Source: Vicinamibacterales bacterium (GTDB lineage: Bacteria > Acidobacteriota > Vicinamibacteria > Vicinamibacterales > UBA2999). Taken from it: a stretch of 64,000 nucleotides of DNA. Under the pieces are notes generated by a model that was given only the letters and a program-made list of their open reading frames with translations, was not told the origin of the DNA and made no database searches. Location of the stretch: positions 1,207 through 65,206 of the forward strand of contig JBCKZH010000003.1 of NCBI GenBank assembly GCA_038919385.1, written 5' to 3'. The position numbers were made by a program, and so were the translations under genes. Shown in pieces: positions 1-9,821 of the stretch (positions are counted from its first letter, which is position 1; the number at the start of each line of letters is the position of its first letter).

Positions 1-362
1 ACCCGCCACGTCGCCCGCAGCAGGGCCTCGAAATGCGCCGGGTCGCGCGCGAAGTGCAACACGGCGCTGGCCAACACGACGTCGGCACTGGCATCCGGAA
101 ATGATGTGTCCTCGATCGTCTCGACGCGAAAGTCCGCCGGCCGGCCTGGCGCGTGCTCCGCGGCCAGCGCCCGCACCTGCGTGATGGCCGCGGGGTTAGC
201 GTCGTTGCCGCACACGTCGTAGCCCTGGCGCAGCAAGTAGACGAGATTACGGCCACCGCCACACCCGGCATCGAACACCCGCATGCCCGGCGCCAGGCGG
301 CCGCGCAGCAATTGATCGAAGACGTAGATGTCGATGTCGCCGAACTCGGTCAGGAGATCCAT
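1..362 (-). CDS. class I SAM-dependent methyltransferase (5' part; 3' end outside the window)
   Basis: Own translation of the minus strand from ATG at 362-360: MDLLTEFGDIDIYVFDQLLRGRLAPGMRVFDAGCGGGRNLVYLLRQGYDVCGNDANP... VFDAGCGGGRN is a SAM-binding motif I. Absent from the ORF track because it is open at the window edge. Confidence 0.75.
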   Translation of the reverse strand, partial: MDLLTEFGDIDIYVFDQLLRGRLAPGMRVFDAGCGGGRNLVYLLRQGYDVCGNDANPAAITQVRALAAEHAPGRPADFRVETIEDTSFPDASADVVLASAVLHFARDPAHFEALLRATWR

Positions 363-363
363 G

Positions 364-387
364 GGCTTGAGGCTTGAGGCTTGAGGC
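364..387. repeat. tandem heptamer GGCTTGA x3 plus a partial unit (CAAGCCT on the minus strand), directly upstream of the methyltransferase start codon
   Basis: gggcttgaggcttgaggcttgaggc read directly. Related arrays lie at 58497-58528 and, degenerate, at 49611-49635. Confidence 0.9.
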
Positions 388-422
388 AAGAAAAAGGCCC
401 TGATGGCGAACCATCAAGGCCT
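388..422 (-). terminator. Rho-independent terminator of the alpha operon, downstream of rplQ
   Basis: Minus strand: AGGCCTTGATGG-ttcg-CCATCAGGGCCT followed by TTTTTCTTG. 12-bp stem with one mismatch, 23 nt after the rplQ stop. Confidence 0.8.
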
Positions 423-444
423 CAGTCTGTGTCTAATCGGTGGC

Positions 445-1065
445 CTAGGCGCCGCCGGCCTTGCGGGGCGTCGAGGTCTGCTTCGACGCGCCACGCGCGG
501 GCTTGCTCGCCTTGCTCTTCGGTCCGCCGTCGCCCCTGTTCTTCTGGCCGCCGCCGCCGCGAATGCTCTTGGCCGCCGCCTTGAGGCGCTCGCCCACGCT
601 CTTCTGCGACTTCGGCTGATCGCCGGCTGCCGCGACTTCTTCGGCCGCCTTCTTCTCGGCTTCGGCCTTCTTCGGGTCGAACTCGCTGCCGAGGAGCTCG
701 ATCAGCGCCATCTCGGCGGCGTCGCCGCGACGGTGACCGAGCTTGAGAATGCGGCTGTAACCGCCCGCACGCTCCATGAACCGCGGCGCCAGCTCGTCGA
801 ACAGCTTGGTGACGACGGTTTCATTCAGGATGTCGCGCATGACGAGACGACGGGCCGAGAGCGAGACGCCCTTCGGGTCGTTGGCCTTGACGCCGCGCTT
901 GGCGATGGTGATCAGCCGTTCGACGTACGGCCGCAGCTCCTTCGCCTTGGGCACGGTGGTTTCGATCCGCTCGTGGCGCAGCAGGGCCTCGGCCTGGTTG
1001 CGCAGCAACGCCGTGCGATGCGACGTGTCGCGGCCGAGCTTGCGATGTGCATTTCGATGACGCAT
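445..1065 (-). CDS. rplQ: 50S ribosomal protein L17 with a long Lys/Ala/Gly-rich C-terminal tail
   Basis: ORF track 206 aa. [53 protein letters not shown] is a typical L17 N-terminus. It follows rpoA. Confidence 0.95.
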   Translation of the reverse strand: MRHRNAHRKLGRDTSHRTALLRNQAEALLRHERIETTVPKAKELRPYVERLITIAKRGVKANDPKGVSLSARRLVMRDILNETVVTKLFDELAPRFMERAGGYSRILKLGHRRGDAAEMALIELLGSEFDPKKAEAEKKAAEEVAAAGDQPKSQKSVGERLKAAAKSIRGGGGQKNRGDGGPKSKASKPARGASKQTSTPRKAGGA

Positions 1066-1071
1066 GACTGT

Positions 1072-2052
1072 TTATTCCGTCGTCGCGGGCGAGTCGAGCT
1101 TCATGCCGAGGCTCAGCCCCATCGACGTCAGGATCTCCTTGATCTCGTTGAGCGACTTGCGCCCAAAATTCTTGGTCTTCAGCATCTCGGTTTCGGTCTT
1201 GCCCACCAGCTCGCGGATGGTCCTGATGTTGGCGTTCTTGAGGCAGTTGTAGGACCGCACCGACAGTTCGAGCTCTTCGACGCTCTTGTCGAGGTGCTCG
1301 TTGGTGACGCCGACGCGCGGCGCTTCCGCGCCCGATTCGGAGGTCTCGTCATCAGCCTCGTCCAGGCTGACGAAGATGTTCAGGTGGTCGCGAATCAGCT
1401 TGGCCGCCAGCGACACGGCGTCACGCGGCGTCACCGAGCCGTTGGTCGACACTTCGATGGTGAGCTTGTCGTAGTCGGTGGTCTGGCCGATGCGCGCGCC
1501 TTCCACCAGGTAGTTCACCCTCTTGACCGGCGAGTGGACCGAGTCGATCGGGATCCAGCCAATGCCGAGATCCTCGTCGAAGTTGCGGTCGGCCGAGACG
1601 TAGCCGCGGCCGCGCTTGACGCGCAGCTGCATGCGCAGCTTGCCGCCCTCGGCGATGGTCGCGATGATGGCATCCGGTTCCAGAATGTCGATGTCGGCAT
1701 CGGCTTCAATGTCCGACGCGCGCACCGGGCCCGGCTTGTCCTTGCGCAGCGTCAGCGTCTTGGTGTAGTCGACGTGGCAGGTGAACGGCAGCTGCTTGAG
1801 GTTGAGGATGATGTCGGTGGCGTCCTCGACCACGCCCTTGATCGGCGAGAACTCGTGAAGCACGCCGTCGATCTGCACCGCGGTAATGGCGGCGCCTTCG
1901 ATCGACGACAGCAGCACGCGGCGCAGCGCGTTGCCGACCGTGGTGCCGAAGCCGCGTTCAAAGGGCTGTGCGTAGAAGCGGCCGAACCGGCCGGTCAGCG
2001 TCTCGCGCTCGAACTCGAGGCGCTTGGGCCTCTGAAAACCTTTCCACAACAT
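1072..2052 (-). CDS. rpoA: DNA-directed RNA polymerase subunit alpha
   Basis: ORF 1072..2157. Homology starts at the internal Met ([53 protein letters not shown]), so the start is set to ATG 2052. The C-terminal domain ([22 protein letters not shown]) is present. Confidence 0.93.
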   Translation of the reverse strand: MLWKGFQRPKRLEFERETLTGRFGRFYAQPFERGFGTTVGNALRRVLLSSIEGAAITAVQIDGVLHEFSPIKGVVEDATDIILNLKQLPFTCHVDYTKTLTLRKDKPGPVRASDIEADADIDILEPDAIIATIAEGGKLRMQLRVKRGRGYVSADRNFDEDLGIGWIPIDSVHSPVKRVNYLVEGARIGQTTDYDKLTIEVSTNGSVTPRDAVSLAAKLIRDHLNIFVSLDEADDETSESGAEAPRVGVTNEHLDKSVEELELSVRSYNCLKNANIRTIRELVGKTETEMLKTKNFGRKSLNEIKEILTSMGLSLGMKLDSPATTE

Positions 2053-2206
2053 GGGATCTCTTCCTCTCGCTACGGGCCGTCTCCTCGGGGTCCCCGTCAC
2101 GCGTGCTTCGCGTGAGGGGGTGGAGTTGCGGCCTCCAGGCCTGCGGGTAATGACCACGCTCGCTCGCTGCAGGCCTGAAAAGCTGCTGGAGCGCGGCTGG
2201 CGATTG

Positions 2207-2228
2207 GGCCGGGACTGAAGTCCCGGCC
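2207..2228 (-). other. perfect 9-bp GC stem-loop in the rpsD-rpoA spacer (possible processing or attenuation site; no U-tract)
   Basis: ggccgggac-tgaa-gtcccggcc read directly, 9 nt downstream of the rpsD stop on the minus strand. Confidence 0.4.
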
Positions 2229-2236
2229 TTCTGGCA

Positions 2237-2866
2237 CTACTTGCTGTACAACTCGACGATCAGCTGTTCCTGCACCGGCAGGTTGATCTGTTCGCGGGTC
2301 GGCATGCTGACGACCTTGCCACCCATCTCGCCCCCGAGCGAGAGCCATGCGGGAATGCCGCGGCCCTTCACTTCTTCGGTGGCGTGGACGATGGTCGTGT
2401 TCGCACGGCTGCCCTCGCGGACCGCCACGGTGTCGCCAGCCTTGAGCGAGTACGACGGCACGTCGACGCGCTTGCCGTTGACCAGGAAGTGGCCGTGGCG
2501 CACCAGTTGGCGCGCCTGCGCCCGCGACGTGCCGAGGCCCATGCGGTAGACCACGTTGTCGAGGCGGCGCTCCAGTAACTGCAGCAGCGTTTCGCCGGTG
2601 ATGCCGCCGCGCGTGCGGTCGGCCTGTTCGAAGTAGCGACGGAACTGGTCTTCGAGCACGCCGTAGATGCGCTTGACCTTCTGCTTCTCGCGCAGCTGCA
2701 CGCCGTAGCCGACCATCTTCGCCTTGCGCAGGCGGCCGTGCTGGCCAGGGGGCATGTTGCGCTTCTCGATGGCGCACTTCTCGGTGTAGCAGCGCTCGCC
2801 CTTGAGGAACAACTTCATTCCCTCACGGCGGCACAGGCGGCAAACGGGTCCGTTATATCGAGCCAT
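2237..2866 (-). CDS. rpsD: 30S ribosomal protein S4 (Cys-containing zinc type)
   Basis: [36 protein letters not shown], 209 aa, alpha-operon position. Confidence 0.96.
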   Translation of the reverse strand: MARYNGPVCRLCRREGMKLFLKGERCYTEKCAIEKRNMPPGQHGRLRKAKMVGYGVQLREKQKVKRIYGVLEDQFRRYFEQADRTRGGITGETLLQLLERRLDNVVYRMGLGTSRAQARQLVRHGHFLVNGKRVDVPSYSLKAGDTVAVREGSRANTTIVHATEEVKGRGIPAWLSLGGEMGGKVVSMPTREQINLPVQEQLIVELYSK

Positions 2867-2902
2867 AAATCAGTTCACAGTCCACAGTTAACAGTTGCCA
2901 AG

Positions 2903-3334
2903 TTACACGCGACGGCGCTTCGGCGGCCGGCAGCCGTTGTGCGGGATCGGCGTGACGTCGCGGATCGATCGCACTTCGAGGCCCGCCGTCTGCAGCGCGC
3001 GAATCGCCGACTCGCGGCCGGAGCCGGGGCCCTTGACCAGCACGTCGCACGAGCGCATGCCGAAGGTCTTGGCGGCGTTGGTGGCACTGAGCGCGGCCTG
3101 GGTCGCCGCGAACGGCGTGCCCTTGCGCGAGCCCTTGAAGCCAATCGCACCGGCGCTCGACCACGACACCACCGCACCCTCGGCATCGGTGATCGTGATC
3201 AGCGTGTTGTTGAACGACGCCTGCACGTGCACGAAGCCGTGATGGACGATGCGCTTCTCGCCGCGCTTCTTGAACGCCTTCTTCTTCTTCTTGGTCGGTA
3301 CTTCCGCGCCGCCGGGAGTCTCTGCTTTGGCCAT
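2903..3334 (-). CDS. rpsK: 30S ribosomal protein S11
   Basis: 143 aa. [27 protein letters not shown] and C-terminal [13 protein letters not shown] are S11 signatures. Confidence 0.96.
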   Translation of the reverse strand: MAKAETPGGAEVPTKKKKKAFKKRGEKRIVHHGFVHVQASFNNTLITITDAEGAVVSWSSAGAIGFKGSRKGTPFAATQAALSATNAAKTFGMRSCDVLVKGPGSGRESAIRALQTAGLEVRSIRDVTPIPHNGCRPPKRRRV

Positions 3335-3340
3335 GATCCG

Positions 3341-3715
3341 TTACACCGTCTTCTTCTTCGCCACGGCGCCCTTGCGCGGGCCCTTGCGCGTGCGCGCGTT
3401 GGTCTTGGTCCGCTGTCCGCGCAGCGGCAGGTTGCGACGGTGACGGCCGCCACGATAGCTGCCGATTTCAATCAGCCGCTTGATGTTCATGGAGATCTCC
3501 TTGCGGAGATCACCTTCCACGCCGCCCTGCTCTTCGAGGAGGCGGGTAATCTTGCGGACGTCGTCTTCGGTGAGATCCTTCACCCGGACGCTCGGATCCA
3601 CACCGGCTGCCGTCAGCACGGCGTTCGAGCGATGACGCCCGATGCCGAAGATATACGTGAGACCAATCTCAATGCGCTTCGTGCGCGGGAGATCGACACC
3701 TGAAATACGCGCCAT
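3341..3715 (-). CDS. rpsM: 30S ribosomal protein S13
   Basis: [30 protein letters not shown], 124 aa. Confidence 0.96.
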   Translation of the reverse strand: MARISGVDLPRTKRIEIGLTYIFGIGRHRSNAVLTAAGVDPSVRVKDLTEDDVRKITRLLEEQGGVEGDLRKEISMNIKRLIEIGSYRGGRHRRNLPLRGQRTKTNARTRKGPRKGAVAKKKTV

Positions 3716-3718
3716 GTC

Positions 3719-3832
3719 TTATCCTTGCCGCTGCTTGTGCTTCTGGTTACTGCAAATCACCCGGACCACCCCACGGCGGCGGACAACCTTGCACTTAACG
3801 CAAATCTTCTTCACCGAGGCTCTTACTTTCAT
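3719..3832 (-). CDS. rpmJ: 50S ribosomal protein L36 (zinc type)
   Basis: Own translation; too short for the ORF track: [41 protein letters not shown] overlap with the infA stop. Confidence 0.93.
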   Translation of the reverse strand: MKVRASVKKICVKCKVVRRRGVVRVICSNQKHKQRQG

Positions 3833-4053
3833 AGCTTCTCCACGATCCGTCCGCGGCTCGGGTCGTTCGTCATGAGCGCGACCCTTACCCGATCACCCAC
3901 CAGCACGCGGACGTAATTGCGTCCGACCGGACTGGCCAGGTGTGCCGTCACCTGGTGCCGCCCATCCAGCTCCACTCGCACGAGCTGGCTCGGCAGCAAC
4001 TCCCTCACGACGCCGTCCGCGGTATTACCGGGCGGCGCTGGCGGTTCGTCCAT
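3829..4053 (-). CDS. infA: translation initiation factor IF-1 (divergent)
   Basis: 74 aa. [59 protein letters not shown] aligns by eye to E. coli IF1 ([38 protein letters not shown]). Lies between map and rpmJ. Confidence 0.85.
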   Translation of the reverse strand: MDEPPAPPGNTADGVVRELLPSQLVRVELDGRHQVTAHLASPVGRNYVRVLVGDRVRVALMTNDPSRGRIVEKL

Positions 4054-4810
4054 CGACGGCCACGTCAGGAAGCGTCAGAATCCGGCACCCGTCTTCGGTG
4101 ACGACCACCGTGTGCTCGAAGTGCGCGGACAAGCCCTTGTCTTTCGTCACCGCCGTCCACCCGTCTCCCAGCACCTTCACCGCGGGCTTGCCCGCGTTCA
4201 CCATGGGCTCGATCGCGAGCGCCATGCCTTCCGCTAGCCGCGGACCGCGTCCGGCGGTCCCGTAGTTCGGAATCTGCGGCTCCTCGTGGAGCGACGTTCC
4301 GATGCCGTGGCCCACGAACTCGCGGACCACCGAGAACCCCTGGGCCTCGACATACGACTGCACGGCGGCGCCGATATCCGACACCCGGGCGCCGGCCTTG
4401 ACCGCCGCCACCGCGCGGTCGAGCGCGGTCTTGGTCACGTCGAGCAACCGTTGCGCCTCTGGCGTGACCGCACCGACCGGCACCGTCACCGCCGAGTCGC
4501 CGTAAAACCCGTCGAGCTTGGCGCCCAAGTCGATCGAAACGATGTCGCCTTCGACCAGGGCGCGCGGCGATGGAATGCCGTGCACGACTTCTTCGTTCAC
4601 CGACGCGCAAATCGTCGCCGGGTAGCCGTGGTAGCCCTTGAACGCCGACGCCGCACCCGCCTCGCGCAACCGCTGCTCGGCAATCGCATCGAGGTCGGCC
4701 GTGGTAATGCCCGGCCGCACCGCCGCCGCCAGCTCCTTCAGCACGCGCGCCACCAGGGCGTTCACGCGCGCCAGCTTCGCGATTTCCGCCGCCGACCTGC
4801 AGACAATCAT
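4025..4810 (-). CDS. map: type I methionine aminopeptidase
   Basis: 261 aa. VHGIPS, DIVSIDLG, GHGIG, ALAIEPM and FEHTV metal-site blocks. Follows adk. Confidence 0.93.
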   Translation of the reverse strand: MIVCRSAAEIAKLARVNALVARVLKELAAAVRPGITTADLDAIAEQRLREAGAASAFKGYHGYPATICASVNEEVVHGIPSPRALVEGDIVSIDLGAKLDGFYGDSAVTVPVGAVTPEAQRLLDVTKTALDRAVAAVKAGARVSDIGAAVQSYVEAQGFSVVREFVGHGIGTSLHEEPQIPNYGTAGRGPRLAEGMALAIEPMVNAGKPAVKVLGDGWTAVTKDKGLSAHFEHTVVVTEDGCRILTLPDVAVDGRTASAAR

Positions 4811-5535
4811 GCCTGCGCTCCCAGCTTCTTCGCCACCGGCGTCGGCAACTGCGCGGCCGGCAGGCCCAGCGCCGAAGCCACCGCGCCGACCAGCGCCTCG
4901 CGCACTTGCTCGGGCGACTGCAGACCGTCAATCACCCGGAACGTCGGCCGGGCGCTGTAGTACTCGATCATCGGCCGCGTGTCGCGCCAGTAAATCTTCA
5001 ACCGCTCTCGTACCACCGTTTCCGAGTCGTCCGACCGCGCCACCCACTTCGGTCCGGTCGTCCGGCACCGCTCGGTGTTCTGACAGAGGTCCGGCAGCGC
5101 ATCCGGCCGGTGCTCGAAGGCATCGGCGTTGGCGCCGCAGTCGTCGCACACCCGCCGTCCCCGCACCCGCCGCACCAGCTCTTCGTCCGGCACCTGAATC
5201 TCGACGCAGATCACCGGTCCCCGCGACGCCGCAATCTCGTCCAGCGCGTTGGCCTGCGCGGCCGTGCGCGGGAAGCCGTCGAGCACGAACCCCGCCAGCG
5301 CATCGGGCCGCGTCAGCCGCTCGCGAACGATGCCGATGATCAGGTCGTCGCCGACCAGCTCGCCGCGTTCCATCACGGCCTTCACCGCGCGGCCCAGTTC
5401 GGACCCGCTGTGCACCGCCTCGCGCAGGATATCCCCGGTCGAGACCTTGGGAATCCCGTGCTCGCGTGCGAACCGTTCCGCCTGCGTGCCCTTGCCGGCC
5501 CCCGGCGGGCCCAGCATCACGAGGTTGAGCGCCAC
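4807..5535 (-). CDS. adk: adenylate kinase (Cys-containing LID, C-terminal extension)
   Basis: GTG start. MALNLVMLGPPGAGKGTQAERFAREHGIPKVSTGDILREAV. The LID reads CDDC-x17-C-x5-C rather than the usual CxxC...CxxC. Confidence 0.93.
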   Translation of the reverse strand: MALNLVMLGPPGAGKGTQAERFAREHGIPKVSTGDILREAVHSGSELGRAVKAVMERGELVGDDLIIGIVRERLTRPDALAGFVLDGFPRTAAQANALDEIAASRGPVICVEIQVPDEELVRRVRGRRVCDDCGANADAFEHRPDALPDLCQNTERCRTTGPKWVARSDDSETVVRERLKIYWRDTRPMIEYYSARPTFRVIDGLQSPEQVREALVGAVASALGLPAAQLPTPVAKKLGAQA

Positions 5536-5536
5536 C

Positions 5537-6925
5537 TTAGCCGCGCCGTCCCCGGATTCGCGTCTTCTTCATGAACCCGTCGTAGTGCCGCATGATCAAC
5601 TGCGACTCGACCTGGTTCACGGTATCCATGGCCACGCCGACCACGATCAGGAGCGAGGTGCCGCCGAAGAAGAACTGCACGTTCAGGCCCTGCGTGACAA
5701 AGCGCGGCAGCATCGCATCGAGCGACTCGCCGATGAACGGAATCGGCGCCACCTTGAAGCCCATCAGCAGGAACTCCGGCAAGATCGCGACCATCGCCAG
5801 GTAGACCGCGCCGACGATCGTGATGCGCGCGAGAATCGTGTCGATGTACTCCGCGGTCCGCTTGCCGGGACGGATGCCCGGGATGAAGCCGCCATACTTG
5901 CGCATGTTCTCCGACACGTCATCCGGGTTGAAGATGATGGCGGTGTAGAAGTATGCGAAGAAGATGATGCCCAACACGTAGATCAGGTTGTAGAGCGGCA
6001 TGCCGTAATCGATCTGGCGAACCGCCGCGGCCGCCCAGCCGTCCGGCGCGAACATGCCCGACAGCGCGGTCGGGAAGGTCAAGATCGAGCTGGCGAAGAT
6101 CACCGGGATGACGCCGCCGGTGTTCACCTTCAGCGGGATGTGCGTGCTCGAGCCGCCGTACTGCCGCCGGCCGACCACGCGCTTGGCGTACTGCACCGTG
6201 ATGCGGCGATGGCCGCGCTCGACATAGATGATGGCGGCGATCACGCCGACCATCAGCACCACCAGAAACGCCATCGTCAACAGGCCAATCTGACCGGTCT
6301 GCATCTGTTCGATGGTGCCAATCACCGCGCGCGGGAAGTTGACGACGATGCCGGCGAAGATGATCAGCGACATGCCGTTGCCGATGCCGCGCTCGGTAAT
6401 CTGCTCGCCCAGCCACATGATGAACATGGTGCCGGTGGTCAGGGTCAGCATGCAGCCGAGGCGGAAGCCCCAGCCGGTCTCGTAGACCAGCGGCAGGCCG
6501 CCGGCGATCTCGGTCTGGCGCTCGAGGAAGATGGCGATGCCGAGCGACTGCACGGTCGCCAGCAGCAGCGTCAGGTAACGCGTGTACTGGGTAATCTTGC
6601 GCCGGCCCAGCTCGCCTTCCTTCGACAGCCGCTCGAGGTACGGCCACACCACCGTCAGCAACTGCAGGATGATCGACGAACTGATGTACGGCATCACGCC
6701 GAGCGCGAAGATGGTGACGCGCGACAAGCTTCCGCCCGTGAACATGTCGTAGAGGCCGAACATCGAGTTCTGGGCCTGCTCCGACAGGATCCGCAGCGCC
6801 TCGGAGTTGACTCCGGGCGTCGGGATGAAGTTGCCGACGCGGTAGACCGCCAGCATCCCGAGCGTAAACAGCACTCGGTTGCGGAGGTCCGCGACGGCGA
6901 ACAGATTCTTCAGTGTATCCAGCAC
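5537..6925 (-). CDS. secY: preprotein translocase subunit SecY
   Basis: 462 aa, multi-pass. LGVMPYISSSIILQLL and GGTSLLIVVGVAMDT motifs. spc operon position. Confidence 0.96.
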   Translation of the reverse strand: MLDTLKNLFAVADLRNRVLFTLGMLAVYRVGNFIPTPGVNSEALRILSEQAQNSMFGLYDMFTGGSLSRVTIFALGVMPYISSSIILQLLTVVWPYLERLSKEGELGRRKITQYTRYLTLLLATVQSLGIAIFLERQTEIAGGLPLVYETGWGFRLGCMLTLTTGTMFIMWLGEQITERGIGNGMSLIIFAGIVVNFPRAVIGTIEQMQTGQIGLLTMAFLVVLMVGVIAAIIYVERGHRRITVQYAKRVVGRRQYGGSSTHIPLKVNTGGVIPVIFASSILTFPTALSGMFAPDGWAAAAVRQIDYGMPLYNLIYVLGIIFFAYFYTAIIFNPDDVSENMRKYGGFIPGIRPGKRTAEYIDTILARITIVGAVYLAMVAILPEFLLMGFKVAPIPFIGESLDAMLPRFVTQGLNVQFFFGGTSLLIVVGVAMDTVNQVESQLIMRHYDGFMKKTRIRGRRG

Positions 6926-6941
6926 AACCGCCCTCAGTTAC

Positions 6942-7415
6942 CTACTGATTGCTTGCGTCGGCCGAACCATCAGGGATGGCCTCGGTCCGGCCACCGGCGG
7001 CGGCCACCTTCTCGGCGGCCTTTCCGCTGAACTTGTGAGCGTGCACCGTCAGCGCCTTCGTGATCTCCCCGCGCGCGAGGATCTTCACCAGCGACGTGCG
7101 GCTGCTGACCAGCCCGTGCTCGCGCAGCGACTCGACCGTCACCGTGTCACCCGCCGCGAACACCGAATCGAGCTGATCCAGGTTCACCACGTCGTACTCG
7201 GTGCGGAAGATGTTGGTGAAGCCGCGCTTCGGCACGCGCCGATGCAGCGGCATCTGGCCGCCTTCGAAGCCGCGCTTGAACGCGTAGCCCGAACGCGACT
7301 GCGCGCCCTTGTGGCCGCGGCCCGCGGTCTTACCCAGGCCCGAACCGGGACCGCGCCCGACGCGCTTCTTCTTGAACTTCGACCGCTCGGCCGGCTTCAG
7401 CTTATCGAGACTCAT
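6942..7415 (-). CDS. rplO: 50S ribosomal protein L15
   Basis: 157 aa. [27 protein letters not shown]. Confidence 0.95.
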   Translation of the reverse strand: MSLDKLKPAERSKFKKKRVGRGPGSGLGKTAGRGHKGAQSRSGYAFKRGFEGGQMPLHRRVPKRGFTNIFRTEYDVVNLDQLDSVFAAGDTVTVESLREHGLVSSRTSLVKILARGEITKALTVHAHKFSGKAAEKVAAAGGRTEAIPDGSADASNQ

Positions 7416-7417
7416 AA

Positions 7418-7627
7418 TTACTCGCTCACCGTCACCAGGTGACGGACCTTGAAGATCATGCCACGGGTCTCCGGCGTGTCCGCCAGCGTCACCGAGTGGT
7501 TGATCCGACGCAGGCCGATGCTCTCGACCACCGTGGCCTGGTTCCTGTTGAAGCCGATCGGGCTCTTCGTCAGCTCGATCGTGACGGTCTTCTTGTCCGC
7601 CTGCTTTGCCTGCTTCGCCTTAGTCAT
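7418..7627 (-). CDS. rpmD: 50S ribosomal protein L30
   Basis: 69 aa. [51 protein letters not shown]. Confidence 0.92.
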   Translation of the reverse strand: MTKAKQAKQADKKTVTIELTKSPIGFNRNQATVVESIGLRRINHSVTLADTPETRGMIFKVRHLVTVSE

Positions 7628-7638
7628 TGTTCTATGTC

Positions 7639-8166
7639 CTATGCCGAACGGCCGCCGGCGAGCTCTTCCAGCGTGTTCTTACCGCGCAGCCGCATCAGCT
7701 TGCCCGGATCCTTGAGTTCCTTCAGCGCCGTGAACGCCGCCCGTACCACGTTGTGCGGATTGGCCGATCCCAGCGACTTGGTCATGACGTTGGTCACGCC
7801 CGCCGCCTCCACCACCGCACGCACCGCGGCGCCCGCGATGATGCCGGTGCCGTCCGGCGCGGGCTTCAGCAACACGCGGCCGGCGCCGTAGCGCCCGACG
7901 ATCGGGTGCGGCACGGTCGTGCCCTGCACCGGCACGCGGATCAGGTTCTTCTTGGCCGCTTCGATGCCCTTCTTGATTGCCGAGGGCACTTCCTTGGCCT
8001 TGCCGACGCCGTAGCCGACCACGCCGTGGGCGTCACCGACGACGACCAGCGCGCTGAAGCTCAGGTTCTTGCCGCCCTTGACCACCTTGGTCACACGGTT
8101 GATGGCAACCACCGTGTCCTTGAGGTCGAGCTGCGCCGGGTCGATTTTTTCGCGTGTCCGAATCAT
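7639..8166 (-). CDS. rpsE: 30S ribosomal protein S5
   Basis: ORF 7639..8373. Homology begins at the internal Met ([45 protein letters not shown]). The upstream 69 codons are Arg/Ser/Pro-rich with no S5 similarity and overlap rplR. Confidence 0.93.
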   Translation of the reverse strand: MIRTREKIDPAQLDLKDTVVAINRVTKVVKGGKNLSFSALVVVGDAHGVVGYGVGKAKEVPSAIKKGIEAAKKNLIRVPVQGTTVPHPIVGRYGAGRVLLKPAPDGTGIIAGAAVRAVVEAAGVTNVMTKSLGSANPHNVVRAAFTALKELKDPGKLMRLRGKNTLEELAGGRSA

Positions 8167-8173
8167 AAAACCC

Positions 8174-8548
8174 CTAAAATTCCAGGCCGGCCGAACGCGC
8201 GGCCTCGGCCACGGCGCGTACCCGCCCGTGGTACAGGAACCCGTTGCGATCGAACACCACCTTGGTGATGCCCTTTTCCTTGAGCCGCTCCGCAATCGCG
8301 GTCCCGACCAGCTCGGCGCCCTTGAGGTTGCCGCCGGCGACGCCCTCCGGCATCTGCCCCTTGACCACGGCATCGATGGAGGAGGCCGAGGCGACGGTCT
8401 GGCCCGTGCGGTCGTCGACCACCTGCACGTAGATATGCGACGCGCTGCGGAACACGCTGAGGCGCGGCCGCTCGGCCGAACCGGTCATGCGCTTGCGAAT
8501 GCGGAACTTGATCCGATCGCGGCGATCTTCTTTGGTCTTAATCTGCAT
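8174..8548 (-). CDS. rplR: 50S ribosomal protein L18
   Basis: 124 aa. [20 protein letters not shown] and [26 protein letters not shown]. Confidence 0.95.
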   Translation of the reverse strand: MQIKTKEDRRDRIKFRIRKRMTGSAERPRLSVFRSASHIYVQVVDDRTGQTVASASSIDAVVKGQMPEGVAGGNLKGAELVGTAIAERLKEKGITKVVFDRNGFLYHGRVRAVAEAARSAGLEF

Positions 8549-8550
8549 AG

Positions 8551-9087
8551 CTAAGCTCCGGTCTTTCCGGCCTTTTTCTTCAGCACTTCACCGGTGTAGC
8601 GCACGCCCTTCTGCTGGTACGGGTCGGGCTTGCGCAAGCGGCGCAGGTTGGCGGCCACCTGGCCGACCAGTTGCCGATCGACGCCCGTCACGGTGATGTG
8701 CGTCTGCTTCTCGATGACCACGTCGATCCCCTTGGGGATGTCGAACACCACCGGATGCGAATAGCCGAGCGCGAGATGCACCTGCTGGCCCTTCATTTCC
8801 GCGCGGTAGCCGACGCCGACGATGTCGAGTTCGCGCTTCCAGCCGTCGGTCACGCCGAGCACGGCGTTGTTGACCAGGCTGCGCGCCAGCCCGTGGAACT
8901 TGTCGAACTCGCGGTCGTCCGAGCTCTTCCTCGTGACGAGGGTGCCGTCTTCCACTGCGGCGATGATGCCGGGCGGAAGCGCCTGCTTGATCTGTCCCTT
9001 GGGGCCCTTCACGTCGACAGTCGCGCCGTCGACCTTGATGGTCACACCCTGGGGGATCGCGATCGGTTTCTTTCCAATTCGTGACAT
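8551..9087 (-). CDS. rplF: 50S ribosomal protein L6
   Basis: MSRIGKKPIAIPQGVTIKVDG, 178 aa. Confidence 0.95.
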   Translation of the reverse strand: MSRIGKKPIAIPQGVTIKVDGATVDVKGPKGQIKQALPPGIIAAVEDGTLVTRKSSDDREFDKFHGLARSLVNNAVLGVTDGWKRELDIVGVGYRAEMKGQQVHLALGYSHPVVFDIPKGIDVVIEKQTHITVTGVDRQLVGQVAANLRRLRKPDPYQQKGVRYTGEVLKKKAGKTGA

Positions 9088-9091
9088 GGGA

Positions 9092-9505
9092 TCACCAAAC
9101 GTTGCAGAGGATTTCGCCGCCGACGCCGGCCTGCTTTGCGGCCCGGCCCGTCATCACCCCGCGCGAGGTTGTCAAAATGGTCACGCCCAGCCCGCCGAGG
9201 ACCGAGGGCACCTCGCCGGTGCTGGCATACACGCGACGGCCCGGACGGCTCACGCGCGTGATGCCGGAAATGACCTTCTCCCCGCCGGGGCCGTACTTCA
9301 GGAACATCCGCATCTGCTGGCGCGGCGCCTTGCCCGGACGCTCGGCCGGGGTCTCCACCATCTTGAAACCCGAGATATACCCCTCGTCCTGCAGAATCCG
9401 CGCAATTTCGGACTTCAGCTTCGACGCCGGCATCTCGACGCGCACGTGGCGCGCCGTGACGGCGTTGCGGATCCGGGTCAGCATGTCGGCAATCGGATCG
9501 GTCAT
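9092..9505 (-). CDS. rpsH: 30S ribosomal protein S8
   Basis: MTDPIADMLTRIRNAV and C-terminal GGEILCNVW, 137 aa. Confidence 0.95.
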   Translation of the reverse strand: MTDPIADMLTRIRNAVTARHVRVEMPASKLKSEIARILQDEGYISGFKMVETPAERPGKAPRQQMRMFLKYGPGGEKVISGITRVSRPGRRVYASTGEVPSVLGGLGVTILTTSRGVMTGRAAKQAGVGGEILCNVW

Positions 9506-9626
9506 CTTTGCTCTCTCTTCACTTTCAGCTGTTGGCAGCGGCCTTCAGCTCAAGCACCAGCCCTTAGGCACCAGAGGCACCGTACGCACTGTACGCACCC
9601 CGATGGCACCGGCGGCTGATGAGTTC

Positions 9627-9812
9627 TTACCAGCTACTCTTCGTGACGCCAGCCACATCCCCGGTCAGGGCGAGCTCGCGGAAACACAAACGGCACAGCG
9701 CGAACTTGCGCATGTAGGCGCGCGAACGGCCGCAACGGCGGCACCGGTTGCGGTGCCGCACCTTGAACTTCAGGGTTTTCTTTTCGCGTGCTTTCTTCGC
9801 GCTTGTCGCCAC
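9627..9812 (-). CDS. rpsN: 30S ribosomal protein S14, short zinc-binding (type Z) form
   Basis: 61 aa. [25 protein letters not shown] with a terminal W. Confidence 0.93.
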   Translation of the reverse strand: MATSAKKAREKKTLKFKVRHRNRCRRCGRSRAYMRKFALCRLCFRELALTGDVAGVTKSSW

Positions 9813-9821
9813 TCGTTACTC

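Noticed and set aside
403-2115. 570-aa plus-strand ORF, with similar long plus-strand ORFs at 5249..7030, 16210..18444, 40400..41989, 42023..45010, 45067..47334 and 52753..53943
   Set aside because: All lie antisense to strongly conserved genes (rplQ/rpoA, secY, fusA, rpoC, rpoB, tuf). Their translations are Arg/Ala/Gly/Leu/His-rich with no recognisable motifs, which is the typical shadow-ORF pattern of high-GC DNA.
2053-2157. N-terminal extensions in ORF-track entries (rpoA, rpsE to 8373, rplN to 11141, rplB to 14345, rpsL to 19355, nusG to 52113, secE to 52256, ispDF to 61954)
   Set aside because: In each case the conserved protein N-terminus starts at an internal Met or Val. The extension is Arg/Pro-rich, overlaps the upstream gene or a tRNA, and has no homology.
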